Below, piece after piece: positions 14,176 to 24,582 of a DNA stretch of 64,000 nt. The stretch is taken from NCBI GenBank assembly GCA_030695925.1, contig JAUYOH010000031.1:5188-69187 (forward strand). The letters are read 5' to 3'. The notes below the pieces were generated by a model, which was not told the origin of the DNA, did not search any database, and saw only the letters and a list, made by a program, of their open reading frames with translations. The first letter of the stretch is position 1. Every line of letters starts with the position of its first letter. This DNA comes from Candidatus Omnitrophota bacterium (GTDB lineage Bacteria > Omnitrophota > Gorgyraeia > Pluralincolimonadales > Pluralincolimonadaceae). The position numbers were made by a program, and so were the translations under genes.

Positions 14176-15224
14176 ACTCCGATAAGACGAAGAAAGAAGA
14201 AGCCATTCGAGAGAAACTTGTCTTCAGCCAGGAGACAGAAGAAGATGCAATATTAAATCTTTCTTTGAGGCCCTCGAAGGTATCCGATTTCGTAGGCCAG
14301 AAGTCGGTCGTGGATAATCTGCTCATCTCTATAGCTGCGGCAAAGAGAAGAAAAGAGCCATTAGAGCATATTTTGTTCTCAGGGCCGCCCGGTTTAGGGA
14401 AGACGACACTGGCGCACATAATAGCCAACGAGATGGGGACGAAGATAACCGCCACCTCCGGCCCGGCCATAGCGAAGGCCGGCGACCTCATCGGGATACT
14501 TACGAACTTAGGCGAGGGTGATATTTTGTTCATAGACGAGATACACCGCTTATCGAAAATCGTTGAGGAATTCCTGTATCCCGCCATGGAAGACTTTCAG
14601 ATAGATTTCGTGATAGATAAAGGGCCGTATGCCAAGACGATAAAATTCAACCTGAAACCTTTTACGCTGATAGGAGCGACCACGCGTTCCGGACTTTTGA
14701 GCGCGCCGATGCGCGGAAGGTTCGGGATGTCTTACAGCATGGATTTTTATTCTCCCGAGGATTTGGTCCTGATAGTGAAACGCTCGGCGAAGATCCTTAA
14801 GATAGAGCTGAATAAAGAAGCGGCTTTTGAGATCGCCTGCCGCGCACGCGGTACTCCACGAGTAGCGAACAGGTTATTGCGCCGCGTCAGGGATTACGCG
14901 CAGGTAAAAGGCGACGGCAAGATTTCTAAGGAGACGGTCGATAAATCTCTCGCCATGTTGGGGATCGATGAGAAGGGGCTTGATGCCCTCGACAGGAAAG
15001 TTATGAAGGCGATATTGGAGACTTATAGCGGCGGACCTGTCGGGATAGAGTCGCTCGCCGCGACCTTAAACGAGGAGCCGGACACTATCGCCGATGTGGT
15101 CGAGCCGTTTCTTCTGAAGATAGGTTTCTTGAAGCGCACGCCGCGCGGCAGAGAAGCCGCAAAGGCGGCATACGAGCATTTTAGGTTGTCACATAAGAAG
15201 GAAACTCAAAAAGAGCTTTTTTGA
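14172..15224 (+). CDS. ruvB: Holliday junction helicase RuvB
   Basis: GPPGLGKTT, FIDEIHR, GATTR, RGTPR. Confidence 0.98.
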   Translation: MNSDKTKKEEAIREKLVFSQETEEDAILNLSLRPSKVSDFVGQKSVVDNLLISIAAAKRRKEPLEHILFSGPPGLGKTTLAHIIANEMGTKITATSGPAIAKAGDLIGILTNLGEGDILFIDEIHRLSKIVEEFLYPAMEDFQIDFVIDKGPYAKTIKFNLKPFTLIGATTRSGLLSAPMRGRFGMSYSMDFYSPEDLVLIVKRSAKILKIELNKEAAFEIACRARGTPRVANRLLRRVRDYAQVKGDGKISKETVDKSLAMLGIDEKGLDALDRKVMKAILETYSGGPVGIESLAATLNEEPDTIADVVEPFLLKIGFLKRTPRGREAAKAAYEHFRLSHKKETQKELF

Positions 15225-15241
15225 TTATATATAAAGGTAGA

Positions 15242-16396
15242 ATGCGAAGATATGTTTGTTATTTGACAATTTGTGTTTCGGCAGTTGTTTTTTTTATGTC
15301 CGCATCTTCCGCCAAGAATACGACGGAACCGATACTTGTCCGTGTCGCGGTAGCCAAAAACGTCCCTTCCGTGAAGATCTTCGTTGCCGGCAGTTATAAA
15401 ATAATCAACGCTATAACAAGAGAAGCGCTGTCAGAAGGAAGGTATTTGCGCAGTACCATATTGACGGCTGCGGATAAGGGTTTCAGGCTCGGTGATGCGG
15501 AGCTCAACGCCAATGTCATAGAGATAGAATCCGTCGGCGGGGCAAGGATCTATATCAACGACCGTATCTTTAGAGGCGAGATCAGAGTCCTGAAATCCGA
15601 TAAGGGCTTGGTCGCGGTAAATACGGTCGAGTTGGAGGGGTATCTTTACGGCGTAGTCCGTAATGAAGTCTCGACGTGGTGGCCGATGGAAGCGATAAAA
15701 GCGCAGGTCATCGCGGCGCGGACATATGTCCTTTATCAGATCAAGGAATCAAAGGGAAAGGATTATGATGTGACGGCCGATGTCGGTTCACAGGTTTATG
15801 GCGGTATATTCTCGGAAAAATGGAGGACCAACCGCGCTGTCGACCTGACGAGAGGGAAAGTTCTCGTATATAACGGCGCGATATTCCCCGCTTATTTCCA
15901 CGCTACCTGCGGCGGGGCGACATTCGATGCCGCAAATCTCTGGAATATAAGCCTGCCGCCGCTAAAGGGGGTCAAATGCGACTGGTGTAAAAAATCCCCC
16001 CACTATTCTTGGGAGAGATGGGTGCCTCTTAAAGAGGCGAAGACAAAACTTGAGAATGCGGGATATGCGGTAGGCGATATAGAGGCTTTCGAGGTAATAA
16101 AGAAAGACCCTTCGGGCCGCATTATGGAGATCGAGGTCAAGGGAAGCCAAGATACGGTTGATATGTCGGGGAAGGATCTCAGGTCGATAATAGGGGCGGA
16201 TATGCTGCGAAGCACAAATTTCAAAACGACGATAATAGGCGATTATATCGTATTCGAAGGATTTGGGTGGGGGCACGGTGTCGGAATGTGCCAATGGGGC
16301 GACTATTATATGTCGCGTGCCGGAAAGAAAGCGGAGGAGATATTAAATTTTTATTACCCCGGCTCGACGATAACGAATTACAAGGATACAAGATGA
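15242..16396 (+). CDS. SpoIID/LytB domain peptidoglycan hydrolase
   Basis: signal peptide; E.YL.GVV..E, KAQ..AARTY, SQVY.G, GHGVGMCQWG; alternative TTG start at 15221. Confidence 0.9.
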   Translation: MRRYVCYLTICVSAVVFFMSASSAKNTTEPILVRVAVAKNVPSVKIFVAGSYKIINAITREALSEGRYLRSTILTAADKGFRLGDAELNANVIEIESVGGARIYINDRIFRGEIRVLKSDKGLVAVNTVELEGYLYGVVRNEVSTWWPMEAIKAQVIAARTYVLYQIKESKGKDYDVTADVGSQVYGGIFSEKWRTNRAVDLTRGKVLVYNGAIFPAYFHATCGGATFDAANLWNISLPPLKGVKCDWCKKSPHYSWERWVPLKEAKTKLENAGYAVGDIEAFEVIKKDPSGRIMEIEVKGSQDTVDMSGKDLRSIIGADMLRSTNFKTTIIGDYIVFEGFGWGHGVGMCQWGDYYMSRAGKKAEEILNFYYPGSTITNYKDTR

Positions 16397-17436
16397 GGTT
16401 AAGCGAATTTAATTATGATTTACCGGCGGATTTGATCGCCCAGTATCCCTGTGAGAGGCGCGACGGCTCACGCCTTATGGTCGTAAGGAAGATAAGCAAA
16501 GCAATCGAACACAGGAATTTCCGCGATATCGCGGAGTATCTGAGCCCCGGCGATTGTCTCGTGGTCAATGATACGAAGGTCATAAAGGCAAGGCTGCCGG
16601 CGAAGAGGCAGGATACGGGCGCCAAGGCAGAGATATTATTGCTGGAGAAATTAAACGATAAATTATATAAGTGCCTCGTGGATACCTCTACGAAGATAAA
16701 AGTGGGGACGAAATTCGTTTTCGGAGAGAGCGACCTCACCGCGACAATAAGGGCCGAAAGTGACGGGATAAGGCTTATTGAGTTCAACGTAAATGGCGGG
16801 CAATTCAGCCAACTTCTGGAGAAGTTCGGCGTTATGCCGCTTCCCCCTTACATAAAACGAAGCGCCGATAAATCGGATGAAGAAAGGTATCAGACAGTCT
16901 ACGCGAAGGCCCCCGGCGCCATCGCCGCTCCGACCGCGGGGCTCCATTTTACACAGGAAGTTTTAGAGCGGATAAGAGCGAAAGGCGCTTCGGTCGAATC
17001 GGTCACCTTACACGTCGGTTACGGGACGTTTAAGCCGGTCGCGGTCGATGATGTCGCGCGGCATAAACTGGAGGCGGAATATTTCGAGATAAAAGACCAG
17101 GCCGTCCAAAGATTAAACGAAGTCAAGGAAAATGGCGGAAAGATATTCGCGGTTGGGACAACGACCTGCAGGGCGCTTGAATATCAGGCGAGGCTCGTCA
17201 AAGGCTCTAAGAACAGGATCGAGAAAGGTAAGGGGTGGACAAACCTTTTTATATATCCGCCGTATAATTTTAAATTCGTGGACGCGCTGATCACAAATTT
17301 TCATCTTCCCAAGACGACGCTCGTCATGCTGGCGGCCGCGTTCTGCGGAAAAGAAATCCTGTTCCACGCCTATGAGGAAGCCGTCAGGGAGAAATACAGG
17401 TTTTATAGTTACGGCGACTCGATGTTGATAGCATGA
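16393..17436 (+). CDS. queA: S-adenosylmethionine:tRNA ribosyltransferase-isomerase
   Basis: PLPPYI, AAPTAGLHFT, TNFHLP, FYSYGD; ATG at 16393 overlaps upstream stop. Confidence 0.97.
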   Translation: MRLSEFNYDLPADLIAQYPCERRDGSRLMVVRKISKAIEHRNFRDIAEYLSPGDCLVVNDTKVIKARLPAKRQDTGAKAEILLLEKLNDKLYKCLVDTSTKIKVGTKFVFGESDLTATIRAESDGIRLIEFNVNGGQFSQLLEKFGVMPLPPYIKRSADKSDEERYQTVYAKAPGAIAAPTAGLHFTQEVLERIRAKGASVESVTLHVGYGTFKPVAVDDVARHKLEAEYFEIKDQAVQRLNEVKENGGKIFAVGTTTCRALEYQARLVKGSKNRIEKGKGWTNLFIYPPYNFKFVDALITNFHLPKTTLVMLAAAFCGKEILFHAYEEAVREKYRFYSYGDSMLIA

Positions 17437-18539
17437 ATTTTGAACTTATAGCGAAAGATAAGGATACGTCAGCGCGGGTCGGCAAGGTCAAGACATCGCA
17501 CGGCATCTTTGAGACGCCTGCTTTTATGCCGGTCGGGACACAGGCGACCGTAAAGACCTTATCCAATCAGGACCTTTCGGATTGCGGCGTCCAGATAGTT
17601 CTTTCAAACGCGTATCATTTATATCTTCGGCCGGGCGAGGATATCATCAAGGCGGCGGGGGGACTGCATAAATTTATGGGATGGGATAAGCCCATCCTTA
17701 CAGATTCCGGCGGATTTCAGGTATTCAGCCTCGCCGTTTTGCGGAAGGTAAGCGATGAAGGCGTCGAATTCCAGTCGCATATCGACGGTTCGAAACATTT
17801 TCTGACGCCAGAGAAGATAGTCGGTTTCCAGACCACACTCGGAAGCGATATAATGATGGTCCTTGACGAATGCGTCCATTATCCTTGCGAGTATGATCTG
17901 GCAAAGCGCGCGGTAAAGAGGACGCTTGACTGGGCAGGGCGTTCAAAGAAAGAGTTCAAGCCGAACAAAGGACAGAACCTCTTCGGGATCGTCCAGGGGG
18001 CGTCATATAAGGATTTAAGAGAGGAGTGCGCCAAAGCGCTGGTAGCGATGGATTTTGACGGTTACGCCTTAGGAGGACTTGCGGTCGGCGAGCCGAAGGA
18101 AATAACGCGGGAGATGACGCAATTTACGGTGGAGTTTCTTCCGGAGGACAAGCCGCGTTATCTTATGGGGGTGGGTGAGCCGCAGGACCTAATTGACGCG
18201 GTGGCATCCGGGATAGATATGTTCGACTGTGTGGTCCCTACGAGGAACGGCCGCAACGGCACGGCCTTTACAAAGACAGGCCGCGTCCTGCTCAGGAACG
18301 CCGAAAACGCGAAGGATTTCAGGCCGATAGAAGAGGGCTGTGGATGTTATGCCTGCAGGAGCTACACCAGAGGTTACATAAGGCACCTATTCAATGTAGG
18401 CGAGATATTGGGGTTGAAGCTGGTCTCGCTTCATAACGTATATTTTTATCAGCGCCTGATAGAGGAGATGAGGGATGCCATCAAGGAGAATAGATTCTTA
18501 AAATTAAAGGAGGAAAGACAATGGAAGGCCAAGCTGTAA
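17433..18539 (+). CDS. tgt: tRNA-guanine transglycosylase
   Basis: TPAFMPVGT, TDSGGFQ, DMFDCV.PTR, C.C..C zinc site. Confidence 0.98.
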   Translation: MNFELIAKDKDTSARVGKVKTSHGIFETPAFMPVGTQATVKTLSNQDLSDCGVQIVLSNAYHLYLRPGEDIIKAAGGLHKFMGWDKPILTDSGGFQVFSLAVLRKVSDEGVEFQSHIDGSKHFLTPEKIVGFQTTLGSDIMMVLDECVHYPCEYDLAKRAVKRTLDWAGRSKKEFKPNKGQNLFGIVQGASYKDLREECAKALVAMDFDGYALGGLAVGEPKEITREMTQFTVEFLPEDKPRYLMGVGEPQDLIDAVASGIDMFDCVVPTRNGRNGTAFTKTGRVLLRNAENAKDFRPIEEGCGCYACRSYTRGYIRHLFNVGEILGLKLVSLHNVYFYQRLIEEMRDAIKENRFLKLKEERQWKAKL

Positions 18540-18820
18540 ACCCGATAGCAAGTTTTTTGCCGTTGATTCTGATATTTGTGGTATTCTATTTTCTGCTTAT
18601 TCAGCCGCAGCGGAAGCAGAAAAAACAGCACGAACAGATGATAAAGAATTTGGGCAAGAATGATGAGGTCGTCACAAGCGGCGGGATACACGGCACGATA
18701 CTGAACGTAAAAGAGACGACCGTGGTCTTGCGCGTGGACGATAACGCCAAATTGGAGGTCGAGAAATACTCCATAGCGGCCGTCACTAAAAAGAGGTCGG
18801 GAGAGGAAGCGGGAAAATGA
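18521..18820 (+). CDS. yajC: preprotein translocase subunit YajC
   Basis: FYFLLI.PQ, VVTSGGIHG. Confidence 0.95.
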   Translation: MEGQAVNPIASFLPLILIFVVFYFLLIQPQRKQKKQHEQMIKNLGKNDEVVTSGGIHGTILNVKETTVVLRVDDNAKLEVEKYSIAAVTKKRSGEEAGK

Positions 18821-19509
18821 AGAGGGGTCTTATTAAAAGGAACTATAAAACCGCAACGTTAAAAGATGTGAAGGCTAACCCGGTAGTGGACGCCTATATA
18901 AAAAAAGCGGATGAACACATGGCTGCGATCGGCTATACTGAGCACGGTTTCAGGCACGCCAGTTTGACCGCCAATATCGCGCATAATATAATCGAGCAAC
19001 TGAGGTTGCCCGAAAGGGACGCCGAGCTTGCGGCCATAGCCGGCTATCTGCATGATGTCGGGAATCTTATCGGCAGATACGACCACGGCGAGGGCAGCGC
19101 CCTTTTAGTCAATTCCATATTAAAAGATATGGAGATGGATCCGCTCGAGATCGCGAGCATAATGGGCGCGATCGGAAACCATGAGGAAGAAAAAGGCGTC
19201 CCGGTAAGTACTATCGCGGCGGCCCTGATACTGGCTGATAAGTCCGATGTGCACCACTCGCGCGTCCGCAATCCTCACATGATCTCATTCGATATACATG
19301 ACAGGGTCAATTACGCGGCGAAAAAGTCTTTTGTCCGGGTCAACAAGAAGGAAAAGACGATAACCCTCGAGGTCATCATAGATACCGAGGTATCGCAGGT
19401 AATGGAGTATTTCGAGATATTTTTATCCAGGATGATCATGTGCCAGCATGCCGCGAAATTTTTAGGCTGCCGTTTTAGTCTGGTCATTAACAATGTAAGG
19501 CTTCTATAG
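18817..19509 (+). CDS. HD-domain phosphohydrolase
   Basis: EHGFRH, YLHDVGN, NHEE, ILADKSD. Confidence 0.85.
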   Translation: MKRGLIKRNYKTATLKDVKANPVVDAYIKKADEHMAAIGYTEHGFRHASLTANIAHNIIEQLRLPERDAELAAIAGYLHDVGNLIGRYDHGEGSALLVNSILKDMEMDPLEIASIMGAIGNHEEEKGVPVSTIAAALILADKSDVHHSRVRNPHMISFDIHDRVNYAAKKSFVRVNKKEKTITLEVIIDTEVSQVMEYFEIFLSRMIMCQHAAKFLGCRFSLVINNVRLL

Positions 19510-19518
19510 GAGAGGAAG

Positions 19519-21756
19519 ATGAACAGAGGTTATATCTGGAAGGTCTTGCTTATTCTTGTCTTGGTCGGGGCCTCTTTATGGCTTATTTATCCGCCATTTG
19601 ATATTAAAGACAAAGAGGGAAAGGTAGTAAAAGAGGGTAAGATAAAATTAGGCCTCGACTTAAAAGGCGGTATGCACCTTCTGCTTAAGGTCGATACAAG
19701 TCGTATCCCCGTCAAGGACAGAGAAGACGCCGCCGACCGCGCAATAGAGGTCATAAGGAACAGGATTGACCAGTTCGGCGTAAGAGAGACCTCTATTCAG
19801 AGGCAGGGAAAAGACGAGATAGTGGTGCAGTTGCCCGGCGTCACCGACAGGGATCGCGCGCTGGGGATTATAGGCCAGACAGCGCTTCTTGAGTTTAAGC
19901 TTGTATCGGAGGACCCGGAAAAATTAAAGCAAGCCTTAGCGGGGAACGTGCCCGACGGTTACGAGCTTAAGTATGCCGAGGAAGACAATGAGCCGTTGCT
20001 TTTGGAGAAGCAGGCGGTCCTGACCGGCGCGGCTATTTTGAATGCCACCATACATTTTGAGCAAAGCGGATTCAATGAGCCGCAGGTCGGCGTGGAATTA
20101 AACGCCGAAGGCGCCAAGAAATTCGCCAAGATAACCGGTGAGAATGTCGGAAGGCGGCTTGCCATAGTCTTAGACGGTAAAGTGCAATCTGCCCCGGTCA
20201 TAAGGGAGGCGATACCGTCGGGTGAGGCGGTGATCAGCGGACGATTTACAGTTGAGCAGGCTAAGGACCTTTCATTGGTTTTAAGGACAGGCGCTTTACC
20301 GGCACCCATGTATGTAGAGGAAGAGAGGACGATTGGCCCTTTACTGGGGCAGGATTCGATAAATAAAGGCGTCAAGGCGAGCCTTGTAGGCGGCGCACTT
20401 GTTTTTATATTTATGGCGGCTTACTATCTTTTTGCGGGCCTTGTCGCCAATATGGCGCTTTTGCTTAACCTCCTGTTTACACTGGGATGTTTGGCCTTTC
20501 TGCCGTATATAGTCCCGGGTGTCTCCGCGACATTGACGCTGCCCGGTATCGCGGGCATAGCACTTTCCTTGGGCATGGCGGTTGATGCTAACGTCCTTAT
20601 CTATGAACGCATAAGGGAAGAGTCGTCTTCGGGAAAACCGTTACGTCAGGCGCTGGGGTTAGGTTACGACAAGGCCTTCACCGCTATATTCGACTCTAAC
20701 GTGACGACGTTGATAGCGGCGTTATTCTTGTTCCAGTTCGGCACCGGCCCGATAAGGGGTTTCGCGGTGACCTTGACCATCGGCCTTCTCGCGAGTATGT
20801 TCACCGCTATAGTAGTGACAAGGGTCATATTTGAAGGCCTTATTAATGCCGGTTTATTAAAGTCATTGCCGATGCTGCAGCTTATAAAGAATACGAAGAT
20901 CGACTTTATCGGGAAGAGAAAGATCTTTTACGCCGCCTCGCTTATCGTGATCGGTTTAGGTCTGTTTACTTTCTTCGGCAAAAAAGATAAGGCATACGGC
21001 ATAGATTTTTCAGGCGGGCAGCTACAGGAATACATGTTCGCAACACCCCCTGCGATGGATAATGTACGGAAGGTCTTAAAGGAACTGGGCCTTGAGGACG
21101 CTTCCATCCAGCAGTTTAAAGACAATCCCCGTGTGGTGCTTATCAGGACAGCAGCCGATAAGACAAGTGAGATGACGAAGAAATTAAAAGAGGTCTTTCC
21201 GGATCAGGATATCCAGATACTCAGGATAGAGCATGTCGGCCCGGTAGCCGGGACGCACCTGAAGACCAAGGCCATTCACGCCATCATATGGTCTTTACTC
21301 GGTATTTTAATTTACGTGGCCTTCAGGTTTAAGCATTTTAATTTCGCCGCGGCCGGCGTCATCGCCCTCATCCATGACGTCCTGGTGGCTTTAGGCCTAT
21401 TGGCAGTCACAAACAGGGCCGTAGACCTCTTGAGCGTCACCGCATTCCTGACCATAGCCGGTTATTCCATGAACGACACCATCGTAATATACGACAGGGT
21501 AAGAGAGAACCTGCGCCTTAACAAAAAGTTGAGCTTAACCGAAATTATAAATTTAAGCGTCAACCAAACTCTGGGCAGGACCATTCTGACTTCCGGCGTG
21601 ACGCTAATGATGGTCCTCGCGATCTTTTTGTACGGCGGAGAGGTATTGGGTAATTTCGCGTTCACCCTGTTGGTAGGTTTTATATGCGGTGTTTATTCGA
21701 CCGTCTATATCGCCAGCCCGCTTGTATTGGCGTTCCAGGGAAGAAAGAAAAAATGA
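19519..21756 (+). CDS. secDF: fused protein translocase subunit SecDF
   Basis: LGLDLKGG, GMAVDANVLIYERIREE (SecD) and GIDFSGG, GYSMNDTIVIYDRVRE (SecF) in one ORF. Confidence 0.96.
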   Translation: MNRGYIWKVLLILVLVGASLWLIYPPFDIKDKEGKVVKEGKIKLGLDLKGGMHLLLKVDTSRIPVKDREDAADRAIEVIRNRIDQFGVRETSIQRQGKDEIVVQLPGVTDRDRALGIIGQTALLEFKLVSEDPEKLKQALAGNVPDGYELKYAEEDNEPLLLEKQAVLTGAAILNATIHFEQSGFNEPQVGVELNAEGAKKFAKITGENVGRRLAIVLDGKVQSAPVIREAIPSGEAVISGRFTVEQAKDLSLVLRTGALPAPMYVEEERTIGPLLGQDSINKGVKASLVGGALVFIFMAAYYLFAGLVANMALLLNLLFTLGCLAFLPYIVPGVSATLTLPGIAGIALSLGMAVDANVLIYERIREESSSGKPLRQALGLGYDKAFTAIFDSNVTTLIAALFLFQFGTGPIRGFAVTLTIGLLASMFTAIVVTRVIFEGLINAGLLKSLPMLQLIKNTKIDFIGKRKIFYAASLIVIGLGLFTFFGKKDKAYGIDFSGGQLQEYMFATPPAMDNVRKVLKELGLEDASIQQFKDNPRVVLIRTAADKTSEMTKKLKEVFPDQDIQILRIEHVGPVAGTHLKTKAIHAIIWSLLGILIYVAFRFKHFNFAAAGVIALIHDVLVALGLLAVTNRAVDLLSVTAFLTIAGYSMNDTIVIYDRVRENLRLNKKLSLTEIINLSVNQTLGRTILTSGVTLMMVLAIFLYGGEVLGNFAFTLLVGFICGVYSTVYIASPLVLAFQGRKKK

Positions 21757-22619
21757 CCGATGTCAAATATATCCAGATACGGAAGATACTGATCTGGATC
21801 CTCGCCTTAAACTGGGGTGTCGCCCTCGCCAAGATAATCTACGGCCACATCACGAATTCTCTGGCCATGTTTGCCGACGGCCTGCATTCGCTCTCTGACG
21901 GCTCTTCCAATATAATCGGGCTTATCGGCATCTCTGTCGCGGCAAGGCCGAGGGATGTCGGCCATCCCTACGGCCACAGGAAATACGAGACACTTGCCTC
22001 TATGGCGATCGCGTTAGTTTTATTCTTGATAGCTTTTAACGTCATGAAGGAATCTGTACACCGGCTCTTTCACAGACACCTGATAAATCCGGAGGCGAAC
22101 ATTTTAAGTTTCGTAGTAATGGGAGCCACCTTATCGGTAAATATCGGCGTTATGATATACGAATACAGAAAAGGCAGACAATTGAGGAGCGATTTTTTGG
22201 TCGCGGATTCAATGCATACATTTTCGGACATCTTCGCCTCTTTATCGGTTATCGTCAGTTTGATCTGTGTGAGGATGGGCATCCCGGTCGTCGACGTCAT
22301 CGCCGGCATCATAATATCGCTTCTTATCGGATATGTCGGCTGGGATATAACAAAACACAGCTCAAGGGTCTTATGTGATTATGCCGTCATAGATGCCCAG
22401 AATATCAAAGATTGCCTTTCGGGTATGCGCGAGATAATAGGTTGCCACAGGATAAGGACCCGGGGAAGGTCCGACGATATACACATCGATCTACATATCA
22501 CCGTCGATAAAGATATGCCGGTCGGAAAAGCGCACGACCTCTCGACCGCCATAGAGAAACTTCTTCGCGAGAAGTTCCCCGGCGTGACGGATGTGATGGT
22601 ACATATAGAGCCTGCCTAA
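21753..22619 (+). CDS. cation diffusion facilitator family transporter
   Basis: ADGLHSLSD, HPYGH.KYE, ADSMHTFSD, C-terminal VHIEP. Confidence 0.92.
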   Translation: MTDVKYIQIRKILIWILALNWGVALAKIIYGHITNSLAMFADGLHSLSDGSSNIIGLIGISVAARPRDVGHPYGHRKYETLASMAIALVLFLIAFNVMKESVHRLFHRHLINPEANILSFVVMGATLSVNIGVMIYEYRKGRQLRSDFLVADSMHTFSDIFASLSVIVSLICVRMGIPVVDVIAGIIISLLIGYVGWDITKHSSRVLCDYAVIDAQNIKDCLSGMREIIGCHRIRTRGRSDDIHIDLHITVDKDMPVGKAHDLSTAIEKLLREKFPGVTDVMVHIEPA

Positions 22620-22620
22620 G

Positions 22621-24297
22621 ATGCAGACGGCATGGGAGATAAACTCGTTTAAGATGCAGGCCTGCGAGGGCTTGCATAAGGCGTTAAATATCTCGCCCCT
22701 CTTAGCGCACCTGCTCTTGAAGCGCGGCGTATCTACCGTTGAAGACGCGCGCAGTTTTCTTTCCTGTGACCTTTCCTATCTCCACGATCCCTTCCTCCTG
22801 AAGGATATGGACAAAGCCGTCGAGAGGATCAAATCCGCCGTCAAGAGAAAGGAATCGATCCTGATATACGGCGATTACGATGTGGACGGCCTGACCGCGA
22901 CCGCGCTTTTATTCCTGACATTGAAAGGATACGGCGCACGGCTTAGTTACTATATCCCGGACCGCGTCAAGGAAGGCTACGGCCTTAATCTTGAGGCGTT
23001 AAAGAAGGCGAAGGATAACGGCGCGGATTTAGTGATCGCTGTCGATTGCGGTATAACCGCCGTAGAGGAAGCAGGTTATCTTAAGAAGCATAATATAGAC
23101 TGCATAATCCTAGACCATCACCAGCCGCTTGAAGGCGTCATTCCTGACGCCGTCGCCGTAATAAACCCGTTGCGGCCTGACTGCGATTATCCCTATAAGT
23201 ATCTGGCCAGCGTAGGGCTTGTCTTCAAATTGACTCAGGCCTTAAAGGCGCCTGAAGATAATCTCGACCTTGTTGCGCTTGGGACTATCTCGGATGTGGC
23301 GCCGCTTACCGGCGAAAATAGGATATTGGTCAAGCACGGATTGAAGGATCTGGCGAATACGCGTAAAACAGGATTACGCGCCCTTATCGAAGCCGCCGGC
23401 GTCGGCAAGAAGAAGGAATTTTATACGGATACGGTCGGTTTTATACTGGGGCCGAGGATAAACGCCTCGGGCCGCGTAAGTTCATCATTACAGTCGCTGA
23501 AATTATTGCTTACCGAAGATGCCGAAGAAGCCAGGACTCTGGCTGAAGGGCTGAATAGGGATAACCGCGAGCGTCAGGCCATGCAAGAAACGATCCTGAA
23601 AGAGGCGGTATCAAAGGTCGAGCGCGAAGTCAATTTCAAGAGCCATAAAGTGATAGTGGTCTCAAGCGATAAATGGCATCCGGGAGTGATAGGCATTGTC
23701 GCCTCGCGGCTCGTCGAGAAGTTTTACCGGCCGACGATCTTAGTCGCGTTTAACGAGGATATCGGCAAGGGCTCCGGGCGGTCCATAAGGAATTTTCATC
23801 TATTTGAGGCGCTGTCCAAATGCAAAGAACATTTAGTCGAGTACGGCGGGCATAAGCATGCCGTGGGTATTACCATCTCAAAAGATAATATCGACGTATT
23901 CCGTGAGCGGTTCAATTCGGTAGCGAGCGAGGTCCTGCAACCGCTCGATCTGATACCGCGGCTTGAGATAGATGCCGAGATCTCCTTGAGTGACTTGACC
24001 ATGAAATTTGTCAAGGAATTGGCGTTATTGGAGCCTTACGGGGTAGGTAATCCCAAGCCCGTCTTCGCCGTAAGAGGCCTATCGCTGAAGACAAAGCCGA
24101 AGATATTGACCGCTAACACGCTTAAGTTGTGGGTTACTGATGGCAAGCTTACTTATGAGGCAGTAGGATTTAAGAAGGCCTTCAATTTCAAATTAGACCC
24201 CGCCCCGCGAAATTTTTCCTTGGCTTTCACTCCTTCGGTGAATACCTGGCAGGGGCATGAGAATATACAATTAGTGATCAAGGACCTTCAGATTTAA
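22621..24297 (+). CDS. recJ: ssDNA exonuclease RecJ
   Basis: GDYDVDG, DCG, DHH, GPRINA.GR, GGH..A.G. Confidence 0.97.
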   Translation: MQTAWEINSFKMQACEGLHKALNISPLLAHLLLKRGVSTVEDARSFLSCDLSYLHDPFLLKDMDKAVERIKSAVKRKESILIYGDYDVDGLTATALLFLTLKGYGARLSYYIPDRVKEGYGLNLEALKKAKDNGADLVIAVDCGITAVEEAGYLKKHNIDCIILDHHQPLEGVIPDAVAVINPLRPDCDYPYKYLASVGLVFKLTQALKAPEDNLDLVALGTISDVAPLTGENRILVKHGLKDLANTRKTGLRALIEAAGVGKKKEFYTDTVGFILGPRINASGRVSSSLQSLKLLLTEDAEEARTLAEGLNRDNRERQAMQETILKEAVSKVEREVNFKSHKVIVVSSDKWHPGVIGIVASRLVEKFYRPTILVAFNEDIGKGSGRSIRNFHLFEALSKCKEHLVEYGGHKHAVGITISKDNIDVFRERFNSVASEVLQPLDLIPRLEIDAEISLSDLTMKFVKELALLEPYGVGNPKPVFAVRGLSLKTKPKILTANTLKLWVTDGKLTYEAVGFKKAFNFKLDPAPRNFSLAFTPSVNTWQGHENIQLVIKDLQI

Positions 24298-24521
24298 GCT
24301 TTGGTTATCTTGCCAGATCTGATACACGCGGTGCAGACCTTTATGGTCTTAATGACCCCGTTAAGGTTGACTTTGAGCTTTTGCAGGTTTGGCTTAAACG
24401 TTCTTATGCTTCTTCCGGTTATCTTACGGCCGACACCGCCATCTTTCTTGGCCATACCGCGCCGTTTAATTACTTTACCCGCCCACTTGCGTTTCCCGCA
24501 TATATCGCATACCTTTGACAT
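24294..24521 (-). CDS. rpmB: 50S ribosomal protein L28
   Basis: MSKVCDICGK...F.PNLQ...CT.CIRSG; AAGGAGG SD upstream on - strand. Confidence 0.95.
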   Translation of the reverse strand: MSKVCDICGKRKWAGKVIKRRGMAKKDGGVGRKITGRSIRTFKPNLQKLKVNLNGVIKTIKVCTACIRSGKITKA

Positions 24522-24553
24522 AAATTCCTCCTTGCTGTATTATTAAGGTTATA

Positions 24554-24582
24554 ATGATAACATATCAGGGCTTAAACATCAA
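24554..24582 (-). promoter_or_regulatory. putative rpmB promoter overlapping the recG start
   Basis: - strand TTGATG(24582-24577)-17 nt-TATCAT(24559-24554). Confidence 0.55.
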
